A stretch of 64,000 nucleotides of DNA from Thermoanaerobaculia bacterium (GTDB taxonomy: Bacteria > Acidobacteriota > Thermoanaerobaculia > Multivoradales > UBA5704), in NCBI GenBank assembly GCA_035266085.1, contig DATFNZ010000012.1, positions 2,061 to 66,060 of the forward strand, read 5' to 3'. Position 1 is the first letter of the stretch. Every line of letters begins with the position of its first letter. The notes below the pieces were generated by a model, which made no database searches, was not told the DNA's origin, and saw only the letters and a program-made list of their open reading frames with translations. Made by a program: the position numbers and the translations under genes. Positions 17,202-26,503 of this stretch are shown one piece after another.

Positions 17202-17990
17202 ATGCGAGCCAACCTTACCCTGGCCGTTCTCCTGCTCGGACTCCTCTCGGGCTGCGGAGGCGGGGAGGCGCCGCCGTCCGGCCTCCATGCCTCCTTTCCC
17301 GGGCGGGATCCCAGACTGCGGTCCGGCTCGCATTCGTTCCTCTCCTCGGCCGTCACGTCGACGGGAACGGCGGCCTTCGCCTGGCTCGACAACCGGGCGG
17401 GGCGGCGAGGTCTGGCTGGGCTATCGCGACCGTGAGCCGGACGACCTGCGGGATTTCCGCGTGCTGCGGAGCCGGTCGGATCCTCCGGAGTTCGGTAACG
17501 GCGTGAAGCTCTCGGAAGACGGCTGGAAGATCAACGGCTGCCCCGAGACCGGCGCGAGGTTCGCCCAGACGCCGGACGGCACGCTCTGGGCCGCCTGGTT
17601 CACGGCCGGCGGCGTGCCCGGCGTCTACCTCACCTCTTCGCGCGATGGAGGAGCGAGCTTCGCCCGGAGAACCCTGATGAGCACGCCCGGCCGGCTGGCA
17701 AGGCCCCCCGAGATCGGCGCCCTCCCGGATGGCAGGATCGTGCTGCTCTACGAGAGCATCGAGGAAGGCGGCGCCCGTCCCTTGGTCGCGAGGGTTCGCG
17801 CCGCCGCCGGAGAATGGGGGCCGCCGCGTTCGGTGGCTTCCGAGGGGGGATTATCCTCGTCTCTCGGCGAGCGGCGAGCGGGGAGCGGGCGGTGGTGGCC
17901 TTCACCCGGCGTTCCGGGGAGAAGCCGAGCGTGGTGGTGGAGGAGTGGGCTTTTCTTGAGGCGGGGGAACTGAGGGAGGAGGCTCGCTGA
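17202..17990 (+). pseudogene. BNR/Asp-box (sialidase-fold) lipoprotein gene interrupted by two frameshifts
   Basis: AAGGAGG lies 5 nt before ATG 17202, and the lipobox is LLSGCGG. The sensible reading continues in a second frame after the G-rich run near 17396-17406 (..AFAWLDNRAG / EVWLGYRDREPDD..). It continues in a third frame after the G-run near 17842-17850 (..SVASEGG / IILVSRRAASGERAVVAFTRRSGEKPSVVVEEW..*). The Asp-box-like motif is TSSRDGGASF. Confidence 0.5.
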
Positions 17991-18068
17991 AGGGACCGTC
18001 CACGATGACCGCAGCCTGCCGTGCTAGAGTTTGGCGGCAGATGCTGAGCTGAAATTACGAGAGGCCCG

Positions 18069-19292
18069 ATGCCACAGCTACTCGGTCTAAGGATTCAGAA
18101 TTACAAGTCGTTGTCGGATGTAAGCCTTGGTCAGGTCGGTTATGGCCAAGGGGATCCTCTACCGCCCCTGAGCTGTTTCATCGGACCGAATGGCAGCGGA
18201 AAATCGACTTTGCTGGATGCTTTCGGCTTTATGGCGGATTGCCTGCGTGAAGGCGTTGAATCCGCGTGTGATAAATCTCAGCGAGGCGGCTTTTCCAAGG
18301 TTCGGACCCAGGGAACCACAGAGGCCATCCGTTTTGAGCTCTACTATCGGGAGAGCCTTCAGTCTCGGCCGATCACCTATAGCTTCGCGGTCGACGAGGT
18401 CGGCGGCGTACCCGTGGTCGTGGAGGAGACCTTGCGGCAGCGGCGCAAAGGGCAGAAACATGGCAGACCCTATCCGTTTCTGCGCCTGGAAAGAGGAGAG
18501 GGGCGTGTCTGGGCCGGTGATGCGATCGAGGATCAAGAGGGTGCGGCCTCCCTCGAGATCGAGCTCGATGACGTGGGCCGACTCGGTATCACGACGCTCG
18601 GTCAGCTGAAGGAGCACCCGCGTATCGTCGGTCTCCGTTCCTACATCGAAAGCTGGTATCTCTCCTACTTCGTTCCCGACGCTGCCCGCACCCTTCCGGT
18701 TGCGGGAGCGCAGAAGCACCTGGACCGCACGGGCGAGAATCTGGGCAACGTCGTGCAGTATCTCGAACGAGCCCATCCTGATCGGTTTCAAAACGTGTTG
18801 GACCGTATCGCTCGCAAGATTCCAGGCATACAGACGATCACTCATGAGAAGAGCCCGGATGGCCGCCTTCTTTTGCGCTTCAACGAGCGCGGATATGAGG
18901 ACCCATTCTATCAACAGAGCATGTCGGACGGCACGTTGAAGATGTTTGCCTATCTACTTCTCCTCGAAGACCCGGAGCCACGCCCCTTCATCGGCGTCGA
19001 AGAACCCGAAAACGGCCTCTACCACAAACTCCTCGAAGACCTGGCACGCGAGTTCGTCCGGCACGTGGAGCACTCTCGAGGCGAGACGCAGATCCTCGTC
19101 ACGACACACTCGCCTTACTTCGTGGATGCGCTTAAACCCGAGCAGGTCTGGTTGATGGAAAAGGACGAGAGCGGGCATACCACGGTCAAGCGAACGGCTG
19201 ACCTGCCGATCGTCATGGAGATGGTGAGGGAAGAGATCCCCCTGGGCAGCCTCTGGTATAGCAACCACTTTGAGGAGAGGTTTGCCCATTGA
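18069..19292 (+). CDS. ABC/SMC-like AAA ATPase (AAA_15/AAA_21-type, OLD/AriA/RloA-like)
   Basis: Walker A is GPNGSGKST, the signature-like motif is SDGTLKMFAYL, the Walker B-like motif is FIGVEEPENGLY and the His-loop is ILVTTHSPYF. GC is visibly lower than in the flanks. Confidence 0.85.
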   Translation: MPQLLGLRIQNYKSLSDVSLGQVGYGQGDPLPPLSCFIGPNGSGKSTLLDAFGFMADCLREGVESACDKSQRGGFSKVRTQGTTEAIRFELYYRESLQSRPITYSFAVDEVGGVPVVVEETLRQRRKGQKHGRPYPFLRLERGEGRVWAGDAIEDQEGAASLEIELDDVGRLGITTLGQLKEHPRIVGLRSYIESWYLSYFVPDAARTLPVAGAQKHLDRTGENLGNVVQYLERAHPDRFQNVLDRIARKIPGIQTITHEKSPDGRLLLRFNERGYEDPFYQQSMSDGTLKMFAYLLLLEDPEPRPFIGVEEPENGLYHKLLEDLAREFVRHVEHSRGETQILVTTHSPYFVDALKPEQVWLMEKDESGHTTVKRTADLPIVMEMVREEIPLGSLWYSNHFEERFAH

Positions 19293-19915
19293 GGCTGCAC
19301 GTTCTTGTGGAAGGAGCCTCCGAGGAAGCGTTCTTGAGAGGGTGGTTTCCCCGATTCCTGCCTGGTCACGCTCTCCAGGTTATCCCGCATCGGGGCAAAG
19401 GAAGGCTGCCTGGCGAGCCTTATAAGGCGCCGAACCTGAAGCGGGAGGGACTCTTGGACCAACTCCCGGCGAAGCTTCGGGCGTATGGCCGAGCCTTAAA
19501 CCCTGCTACGGACCGTCTCCTCGTGCTCCTCGATCTCGATGACGATTCGTGTATCGAGTTGAAAGGACGTCTGATCGCACTTCTCAATCATTGCAATCCC
19601 AAGCCGGTCGTACTCTTTCGAATCGCAATTGAGGAAACGGAAGCCTTTTACCTCGGAGATCCTCGGGCCATCAAAGAGGCTTTTCCTCAAGCGAATCTGC
19701 GGAAGCTCAGGAATTACATACAAGACAGTATCTGCGGCACATGGGAAGTGTTCCGCGAAGTCGTGGGAGCCCCAAGCGAAGACAAGGTCCATTGGGCCGA
19801 ACGGATGGGGCCTCATCTCGGTATCGATCGGAAGGGTGGGACGGCGAATCGTTCGACTTCCTTCCAGCAGTTTTGCCAGGCACTTCTTACCTTGGCAGGC
19901 GAGCCCCTCGACTGA
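19289..19915 (+). CDS. DUF4276-like protein (possible Toprim-like nuclease partner of the ATPase)
   Basis: The TTG start overlaps the ATPase stop (TTGA). The N-terminus MRLHVLVEGASEEAFL matches my recollection of DUF4276 family starts and of strand-Glu Toprim starts. Size is 208 aa. Confidence 0.65.
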   Translation: MRLHVLVEGASEEAFLRGWFPRFLPGHALQVIPHRGKGRLPGEPYKAPNLKREGLLDQLPAKLRAYGRALNPATDRLLVLLDLDDDSCIELKGRLIALLNHCNPKPVVLFRIAIEETEAFYLGDPRAIKEAFPQANLRKLRNYIQDSICGTWEVFREVVGAPSEDKVHWAERMGPHLGIDRKGGTANRSTSFQQFCQALLTLAGEPLD

Positions 19916-19916
19916 C

Positions 19917-20351
19917 ATGCCCCCCTCCCAACGCAAAGCCCCACCCCCGCCCGACCCCGAGAACGGGCTGTGGCAGGGGCGGTCCGTCGCCCGGCGGTTC
20001 GTGTCGCCGGATGGCTTCACCGTGCTGGTGGGGCGGACGGCCGATGACAACGACGTGCTGACGTTCAAGCTGGGGAGCCCGCGGGACTTCTGGCTGCACG
20101 TCGCCGCCGAGTCGGGCTCCCATGTGGTGGTGCGCAACCCCGAGGGGCTCGACCGGCTGCCCAAGGAGACGGAGCAGTTCGCGGCGTCGCTCGCGGCCGG
20201 CTACAGCAAGGCGAAGAAGGGCGGGCGGGTGGCCGTCCATCTCTGCCGCTGCGAGGACGTCAGCAAGCCTCGTGGAATGCCGCCCGGCAAGGTCCTCCTG
20301 GACCGCTTCCGGAGCGTTCAGGTCGCTCCCTGGCGGCCGGACGCCGGCTAA
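19917..20351 (+). CDS. NFACT-R/DUF814 domain protein
   Basis: ATG at 19917 within track ORF 19629..20351. FTVLVGRTADDNDVLTFKLGSPRDFWLHVAAESGSHVVV...GKVLL fits the DUF814 pattern. Confidence 0.7.
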   Translation: MPPSQRKAPPPPDPENGLWQGRSVARRFVSPDGFTVLVGRTADDNDVLTFKLGSPRDFWLHVAAESGSHVVVRNPEGLDRLPKETEQFAASLAAGYSKAKKGGRVAVHLCRCEDVSKPRGMPPGKVLLDRFRSVQVAPWRPDAG

Positions 20352-20830
20352 AGCGATTGCAAGATCGCCGAGGCGCTGCTGCCGGCGACCTCGCCCGGCG
20401 GGTCGACGTTCAGGGCCTTGAGCACTCCATTCTCGATGACCGCAGCGTAGCGCTGGGAGCGGATGCCCATGCCGAAGGGGCGGGAGTCGAGCTCCAGGCC
20501 CAGGGCGCGGGCGAAGTCGCCGTTGCCGTCGGCCAGGGGCACGATCTTCTCGCCGACCTCCTTGGCATTGAACCAGGCCGAGAGCACCTCGATGTCGTTG
20601 ACGGCCGTGCCGGCCACCAGGTCGGCCCCGCGGGATTTCAGGTGATCGGCCAGCTCGATGAAGCCGGGCAGGTGGTGGTCGGAGCAGACGGAGGTGAAGG
20701 CGCCCGGGACGGCGAAGAGCACCACCTTCTTGCCCTGGAACAGCTCCTCCGTCCAGACGTTCTGGAACCGCCCCTCGTTCACCGTCTGTAGCTTCACGTT
20801 GGGGACCTTGTCCCCGACTCGGATCGTCAT
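20348..20830 (-). CDS. peroxiredoxin (Prx5-like, AhpC/TSA family)
   Basis: VLFAVPGAFTSVCSDHHLPGF carries the peroxidatic Cys in the PGAFT.xC motif. Size is 160 aa. Confidence 0.9.
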   Translation of the reverse strand: MTIRVGDKVPNVKLQTVNEGRFQNVWTEELFQGKKVVLFAVPGAFTSVCSDHHLPGFIELADHLKSRGADLVAGTAVNDIEVLSAWFNAKEVGEKIVPLADGNGDFARALGLELDSRPFGMGIRSQRYAAVIENGVLKALNVDPPGEVAGSSASAILQSL

Positions 20831-20876
20831 GTCTGTTTCTCCCTCGGGAGCATCTTATCTTTTACGGATGGGTCTT

Positions 20877-22370
20877 TTACGGATGAGTCAGCGGGGCCGC
20901 TTCCCCCTCCTCGTACGTCAGCGACCGGGTCGAGCCGCGCGGGAAGAGCAGCGCCACGCCCAGGCTGATCACGGAGAGCGCCGCGAGGGCGATGAAGACG
21001 GCCTGGAGCCCATGGAGCAGAGCCGAGGTGAGGTGGTTCAGGGCCTCGGGAGACAGCCGTGAGCGCAGCGCCGGATCGAGGGCGGCGTTGGCGTTCGCCC
21101 CGCGTCCCACGATCCGCTCCAGGCGCGAGTTCATGAGCGCGCCCAGGGCCGCCACGGAGATGGCGCCGCCGATGTTGCGGAAGAACTGGACCGAGCTGGT
21201 GGCCACCCCGCGCCGGTTCCAGGGCACGGCGTTCTGCACGCCCAGCATGTAGGGCATCGAGATGAAGCCGAGGCCGAGGCCGACGATCATCATCGCCACC
21301 ATGACTCCGGTCCGGCCCGTGGCGGCGCCGGTGCGGGCGAGCAGCAGGCAGCCGGCGACGACCAGCACGGAGCCGCCGATCGACATCTGCCGGTAGCCCA
21401 CCCGCAGCAGCAGCCGGCCGGCGATGGCGGAGGCGATCGGCCAGCCGATCAGGATCGGAGCGAGGATCGTCCCGGCGTCCACCGCCGTCCCGCCGATCAC
21501 CCCCTGGCCGAAGACCGGCACGTAGGCGGTGATGGCGAAGAGGAGCACCCCCAGCAGGAAATTGCCGGCGCTGGAAACGGCGATCAGCCGGTTCTGGAAG
21601 AGGTCCAGCGGCAGCATCGGCTCCGGAGCCCGGCGTTCCTGCCAGAAGAAGACGGCGAGGCTCAGGGCCGAGCCGGCCAGGAAGCCGAGCGTGCGGGCGT
21701 CGCCCCAGCCCCAGGCCTCCGGCCCTTCGATCAGGGCGATCAGCAGCAGGGTGACGGCCGCCGTCAGGGTCACGGTGCCCAGGATGTCCAGCTTGTGATC
21801 CGTGCGCCCGGCCTCCTCTTTCAGATAGCGCTGGAGCATCCAGGCCGAGACGAGGCCGAAGGGGATGTTGAGGTAGAAGATCCAGCGCCAGGAGAGGGCG
21901 TCCGTGATCAACCCTCCTACCAGCGGCCCGGTCAGGCTCGCCAGCGCCCAGACCCCGGAGAACAGCCCTTGGATGCGCCCCCGCTCCTCTAGCTTGTAAA
22001 TGTCGCCCGTGATGGTAATGGCTACCGGCATCACGCCGCCGGCGCCGAGCCCCTGGATGGCCCGGAAGAGGATGAGCTGGGTGAACGACTGGGCGACGCC
22101 GCAGAGCGCCGAGCCCAGCAGGAAGAAGAACACGGCCCACTGGTAGGTCCGCTTGCGGCCGTAGAGGTCGGCCAGCTTGCCGAACAGGGGCACGGTCGTG
22201 GTGGAGGTGAGCAGGTAGACCGCGAAGACCCAGCTATAGCGCGACACGCCGCCCAACTCGCCCACCGCCGTCGGCACCGCCGCGGCCACGGCGGTCGCCT
22301 CCAGGGCGGCGAGGAACATGCCCAGCAGGATGGCGGAGGTGACCAGCTTTCGTTGTTTTCCGGGTTGCAA
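20877..22370 (-). CDS. MFS transporter, DHA2 (14-TMS) drug:H+ antiporter type
   Basis: About 14 hydrophobic segments. The FGKLADLYGRKR motif lies between TM2 and TM3. Size is 497 aa. Confidence 0.9.
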   Translation of the reverse strand: MQPGKQRKLVTSAILLGMFLAALEATAVAAAVPTAVGELGGVSRYSWVFAVYLLTSTTTVPLFGKLADLYGRKRTYQWAVFFFLLGSALCGVAQSFTQLILFRAIQGLGAGGVMPVAITITGDIYKLEERGRIQGLFSGVWALASLTGPLVGGLITDALSWRWIFYLNIPFGLVSAWMLQRYLKEEAGRTDHKLDILGTVTLTAAVTLLLIALIEGPEAWGWGDARTLGFLAGSALSLAVFFWQERRAPEPMLPLDLFQNRLIAVSSAGNFLLGVLLFAITAYVPVFGQGVIGGTAVDAGTILAPILIGWPIASAIAGRLLLRVGYRQMSIGGSVLVVAGCLLLARTGAATGRTGVMVAMMIVGLGLGFISMPYMLGVQNAVPWNRRGVATSSVQFFRNIGGAISVAALGALMNSRLERIVGRGANANAALDPALRSRLSPEALNHLTSALLHGLQAVFIALAALSVISLGVALLFPRGSTRSLTYEEGEAAPLTHP

Positions 22371-22436
22371 TGGGGCTCCTTGACGCCCCGCGTCTCGGCG
22401 GGCGGATGGCTCTTTTTTGCAGAAACGGGGCCAGTT

Positions 22437-22928
22437 CTATTTCTTGCCCATCGGCAGGGTGATGCTCTTCGTCACCGGCAATCCCTCGGCGGAGCCGGCG
22501 GGGGTCCAGACCTCCGCGCCGTCCTTGATCTCGCGGTCCATCCAGAGGGCGCGGGCGAGGGTGACCTCGACCTTGAGCCTGCCGTCCGCGGGGGCGGGCC
22601 GGCCCGCTTCGGTGCTCCAGAGCTTGAGCAGGCGGATCTCCCGGGTGGCGCCGGGCTCCACGGCGTTGAGGTAGAGCCGGTCCTTGTACGCCGGCAGCTC
22701 CTGGCCGTTGACCTTCACCGAGAATTCCAGCGCCGAGGCCCGGCGGCTGCCGGCGTTGCGCACCGTGACGCTCAGGGCGCAGAGCGTGTCCGGCCCCGGG
22801 GACGCCGGCTCCACCTTGACGGATTCCAGGGTCAGGGCAGATTTCGCCCCCTGGGCCAGCCCGGCCGGAGCCAGGAAGACGACGGCCAGGAGGGCAAGGG
22901 CGGTGGCGGCGCGAGGGAACAGCTTCAT
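22437..22928 (-). CDS. secreted hypothetical protein (Ig/CARDB-like?)
   Basis: Signal peptide MKLFPRAATALALLAVVFLAPAGLAQG. The remainder is beta-rich and non-repetitive. No family recognised. Confidence 0.55.
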   Translation of the reverse strand: MKLFPRAATALALLAVVFLAPAGLAQGAKSALTLESVKVEPASPGPDTLCALSVTVRNAGSRRASALEFSVKVNGQELPAYKDRLYLNAVEPGATREIRLLKLWSTEAGRPAPADGRLKVEVTLARALWMDREIKDGAEVWTPAGSAEGLPVTKSITLPMGKK

Positions 22929-22936
22929 GGCCGGAG

Positions 22937-24601
22937 ATGTTACCCTTTTCCGCCGTGAGAGTCCTGCGCACCGCTTCCGTCCTGCTCCTCCTGCTCGTTC
23001 CTTCCTTGAACGCCGAAGGCATCAAGTTCCGTGAGGTCTCCAAGGAGTGGGGGATCGACTTCCACCATCACCACGGCGGCTCGGGCAAGCGCTACATGGT
23101 GGAGACCATGGTGGGCGGCGTGGTGATGTTCGACTTCGACGACGACGGCGACGAGGACCTCTTCTTCGTGGACGGCGGAGTACTTCCCAGCTACACCGGA
23201 CCGCCGCCCCGATCCCGCCTCTTCCGCAACGACGGCGGCCACAAGTTCACGGACTGGACGGACCGCTCCGGCATCAAGATCGCGTCCTATGGCGCCGGCG
23301 GCTCGGCGGGAGACGTCGACAACGACGGCGACCTGGACCTCTTCGTGACCGCCTTCGCGGGGCCGGACCAGCTCTTCCGGAACAACGGCGACGGCACCTT
23401 CACCGACGTCACGGCCAAGGCCGGCGTCGGCGACACCCTCTGGAGCTCCTCCTCCGCCTTCGCCGACGTGGACAACGACGGCGACCTCGACCTCTACATG
23501 GTGAGCTACGTCGACCACTCGGTGGCGAACCACAAGCTGTGCGGCGACGCCAAGCGCAAGCTGGAGGGGTACTGCCATCCCGACGAGTACAACCCCCTGC
23601 CCGGCCGCTTCTACCGCAACCGCGGCGACGGCACCTTCGAGGACGCGACCCAGTCCGCCGGCTTCGGCGGCGCGGTGGGGCCCGGGCTCGGCGTGGTGTT
23701 CGGCGACATCGACAACGACGGCTGGCAGGACGTCTTCATCGCCAACGACAACAAGCCCAACTTCCTCTTCCACAACAAGAAGGACGGCACCTTCGAGGAC
23801 GTCTCCCTGATCTCCGGGGCGGGGATCGGCGGCCACGGCCGGCCGGAGGCGGGGATGGGAGTCGACATGGCCGACTACGACGGCAACGGCCTGCTCGACA
23901 TCGTGGTCACCAACTACGAGCTGGAGACCAACGGCCTCTACAAGAACCTGGGGGACGTCGCCTTCGTCGACAGCCGCTCGCCGGCCGGCATCGCCGAGCC
24001 GTCCCTGATGTTCCTCGCCTTCGGGGTCGACTTCGCCGATCTCGACCAGGACGGCGACCCTGACCTCGTGATCGCCAACGGGCACACCAACGACAACGCC
24101 GCCCTGTTCCTCGAGGGGAGCCAGTTCGCCCAGCGCAACCAGGTCTTCGAGAACCTCGGCAATGGCAAGTTCCGCGAGGACAAGGCGACCGGCATGGACG
24201 TCGTGCGCGTCAGCCGCGGCCTGGCGACCGGCGACCTCGACGGCGACGGCGACTTGGACGTCGCGATCATCGACTCGAACGATCCCTGCGAGGTCTACGA
24301 GAACGTCAGCGCCTCCGGCGCTTCCGGCAATTGGCTGCAGGTGAAGATCGCCGCGCCCGCGGGCAACCGGTTCGGCATCGGCGCCCGGCTGGAGGTGGAG
24401 GCGGGCGGCAAGCGGCAGGTCGACGACGTCAGGACCGCCTCCTCGTTCCTCTCCCAGAACGCCCTCGCCGTCCACTTCGGGCTCGGCAAGAACGCCAAGG
24501 TGGACCGCCTGACCGTGCGCCGCCCCGGCCGTCCCAACCGCCCCGGTAGTGTGCAGGTGTTCAATGGGCTGCCGGCGAACCGGACGCTGATGATCGAGTA
24601 G
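22937..24601 (+). CDS. CRTAC1-like FG-GAP/VCBS repeat protein with C-terminal ASPIC/UnbV domain
   Basis: Repeated D.D.DGD.D(L/V) calcium-binding FG-GAP motifs. The C-terminus W(L)QVK...N..GIGAR..V..GG..Q...V....SFLSQN is typical of ASPIC/UnbV. The start is uncertain (ATG 22937 or GTG 22955) because it lies only 8 nt from the divergent start at 22928. Confidence 0.85.
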   Translation: MLPFSAVRVLRTASVLLLLLVPSLNAEGIKFREVSKEWGIDFHHHHGGSGKRYMVETMVGGVVMFDFDDDGDEDLFFVDGGVLPSYTGPPPRSRLFRNDGGHKFTDWTDRSGIKIASYGAGGSAGDVDNDGDLDLFVTAFAGPDQLFRNNGDGTFTDVTAKAGVGDTLWSSSSAFADVDNDGDLDLYMVSYVDHSVANHKLCGDAKRKLEGYCHPDEYNPLPGRFYRNRGDGTFEDATQSAGFGGAVGPGLGVVFGDIDNDGWQDVFIANDNKPNFLFHNKKDGTFEDVSLISGAGIGGHGRPEAGMGVDMADYDGNGLLDIVVTNYELETNGLYKNLGDVAFVDSRSPAGIAEPSLMFLAFGVDFADLDQDGDPDLVIANGHTNDNAALFLEGSQFAQRNQVFENLGNGKFREDKATGMDVVRVSRGLATGDLDGDGDLDVAIIDSNDPCEVYENVSASGASGNWLQVKIAAPAGNRFGIGARLEVEAGGKRQVDDVRTASSFLSQNALAVHFGLGKNAKVDRLTVRRPGRPNRPGSVQVFNGLPANRTLMIE

Positions 24602-24617
24602 GCGAGGTTGCTCTCCA

Positions 24618-24788
24618 ATCGGCCCTTGCCTGTTGGGGCGCCCTGCCCTCCGAAACCTCACCCTCGGTCCCTCTCCTGAAGGAGAGGGAGGTCTAGTCCC
24701 GAAACGTCATGCCAAGAGATCCCTCTCCTCTAGGAGAGGGGCAGGGGTGAGGTCGCCGGAGGGCAGGAGGCCCGATCCGGCAAGGGCT
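24618..24788. repeat. ~170-bp long imperfect palindrome between convergent genes
   Basis: The left arm gcccttgcc...ccctgccctccg..cctcaccc..ccctctcct pairs with the right arm aggagaggg..ggggtgagg..ccggagggcagg..ggcaagggc. Inner small hairpins are ccctctcct-gaa-ggagaggg and ccctctcct-cta-ggagaggg. Confidence 0.5.
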
Positions 24789-24790
24789 CT

Positions 24791-26455
24791 CTACGCCCCG
24801 CCCAGACTCTTCAGATTCGCCGTCGCCGTCGGGTCTCCCGGCTTGATCTCCAGCACCTTGCGCAGGAGGCCCCGAGCCTCGTCCTTGCGGCCGTTCGCGA
24901 TCAGCAGGACGGCGAGGTCGCTCAGGGCGGCCACGTGGTCGGGCCGGGCCTGCAGCGCCTGGCGGAAGTCCTTCTCGGCGGCGGGCAGGTCGCGGACGGC
25001 CATCCGTACCGCGCCGCGCAGGTAGAGGAAGTCGGGGTTGCCGGGAGAGGCGCTCAGGGCGTTCTCGGCGGCCTTCAGGGCCTCCTGGGGCTTCTTCGCG
25101 ATCAGGAGGGTGGTGACCTCCGCCGCCCGCGGACGCGGATCGGACGGCACCAGCGCGATCTCCTGACGGATCTGGACGAGGGCTTCGTCCGTGCGGCCGG
25201 CGGCGGCCAGTCCCCTCGCCTCCTCGAGGTTGCGGCCGGTCGGGTCGGACCCGCCCCGTTCCGCCTCGTTCACCTGCTGGGAGTTCGATTTCTGGGCGCT
25301 CTGGAGCTCCTGGAACCTCGCCATCGCCTGGTTCGCGTCCTCCCGGCGCCCGGAGGCGAGGAGGGCCCTGCCGAGGAGCTGCCAGGCCTTGAGGTTCTTG
25401 GGATCGAGCCGGGTCGCCTTCTGGAGGGCGAGGATGGCCTCGGACCAGTCCGACGTGGCCACCGTGGCCTGCCCGTACTCGACAGCGAAGTCGGCCACGA
25501 ATCGCCTCTGCGTGCTCGTGGCGGGCTCGCCGGTCAGGGTTTCCGGGACCAGGGGCTTGAGCAGGGCGACGGCCTCCGTCGGATTGCCGGCCTGGTACTG
25601 GGCCCGGGCGAGCAGGAGAGCCAGCGAGGGATCGCTGCCGACCTTGCCCTGGAGCAGTTTGATGGCCTCGGCCGATTCGCCGATGGCGAGATAGGCCTCC
25701 GAAAGGTACCGCCGCACGTTGAGGTCGAGGTCCGGAGGAGCGCTCTTCAAAAGCGGCTCCAGGGTGGCGATGGCCTTGCGCGGCTCCTTCTGGAGCAGTT
25801 GCAGACGTGCCCTCAGCAGCCGGACCCGGGGATTCTCCTCCGGCAGGCCGGCGAGCAGCTTCCCGGCATCCGGGGGACGGTCGAGCTCGATGGCCCCGTA
25901 GGCGGCGGCGAGCCGGGCTTCCTGGTCGTCGGGATGAGCCGTCGCCCAGGGGAGGAGCAGGAGGTAGCTCTCCTCGATCTGCCCCTCGCTCCCCCGGAGG
26001 AGCCCGAGGTCGCGGGCGGCGGGGGAGCCCGGCGCCTTCTCCACGGCCTTCCGCAGATAGGTCACGGCCTTGTCCTTCTGTCCCGCCGCGAGCGCCGCCC
26101 GCGCCGCCGTCTGGAGGATCACCGGACCGGCCGCGCCGCTGTCCGCTAGGGGGCCGAGGAGAGCCAGGGAGTCCGCGGGACGCCCCGCTTCCAGGTAGAG
26201 CGTGCCGAGCAGCGACAGGGCGGCCGGATGGACTCCCTTCTGCGCCTTGAGCGGCTCCAGCAGGGCGATGGCCCCCTTGAGGTCTCCACCCTGGTGCATC
26301 CTGGCGGCCTGCTCCACCTGGAGAGGCGGCGGGCCGAGCTTCGGCTGCGGGTTGGCGGTAGCGTTCGCCGGAGCTTTGGCTGGAGCTTTGGTCTGAGAGA
26401 AAAGAGGAAGCGCGGTCAGCGCGAGGATGGCGAGGATGGGGTAAAGCCTTCTCAT
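24791..26455 (-). CDS. secreted TPR-repeat protein
   Basis: Signal peptide MRRLYPILAILALTALPLFSQ, then many 34-aa TPR-like repeats through to the C-terminus. Confidence 0.8.
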   Translation of the reverse strand: MRRLYPILAILALTALPLFSQTKAPAKAPANATANPQPKLGPPPLQVEQAARMHQGGDLKGAIALLEPLKAQKGVHPAALSLLGTLYLEAGRPADSLALLGPLADSGAAGPVILQTAARAALAAGQKDKAVTYLRKAVEKAPGSPAARDLGLLRGSEGQIEESYLLLLPWATAHPDDQEARLAAAYGAIELDRPPDAGKLLAGLPEENPRVRLLRARLQLLQKEPRKAIATLEPLLKSAPPDLDLNVRRYLSEAYLAIGESAEAIKLLQGKVGSDPSLALLLARAQYQAGNPTEAVALLKPLVPETLTGEPATSTQRRFVADFAVEYGQATVATSDWSEAILALQKATRLDPKNLKAWQLLGRALLASGRREDANQAMARFQELQSAQKSNSQQVNEAERGGSDPTGRNLEEARGLAAAGRTDEALVQIRQEIALVPSDPRPRAAEVTTLLIAKKPQEALKAAENALSASPGNPDFLYLRGAVRMAVRDLPAAEKDFRQALQARPDHVAALSDLAVLLIANGRKDEARGLLRKVLEIKPGDPTATANLKSLGGA

Positions 26456-26503
26456 GGGTGAAGTTTACACGGGCTCCGCATTCAGCACCTCGCATCCCCC
26501 CAA

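Noticed and set aside
22928-22937. Two divergent genes with starts only 8 nt apart, raising the possibility that one call is wrong.
   Set aside because: Both ORFs have signal peptides and plausible composition, so both calls are kept. The + gene may start at GTG 22955 instead, and the start is flagged as uncertain.
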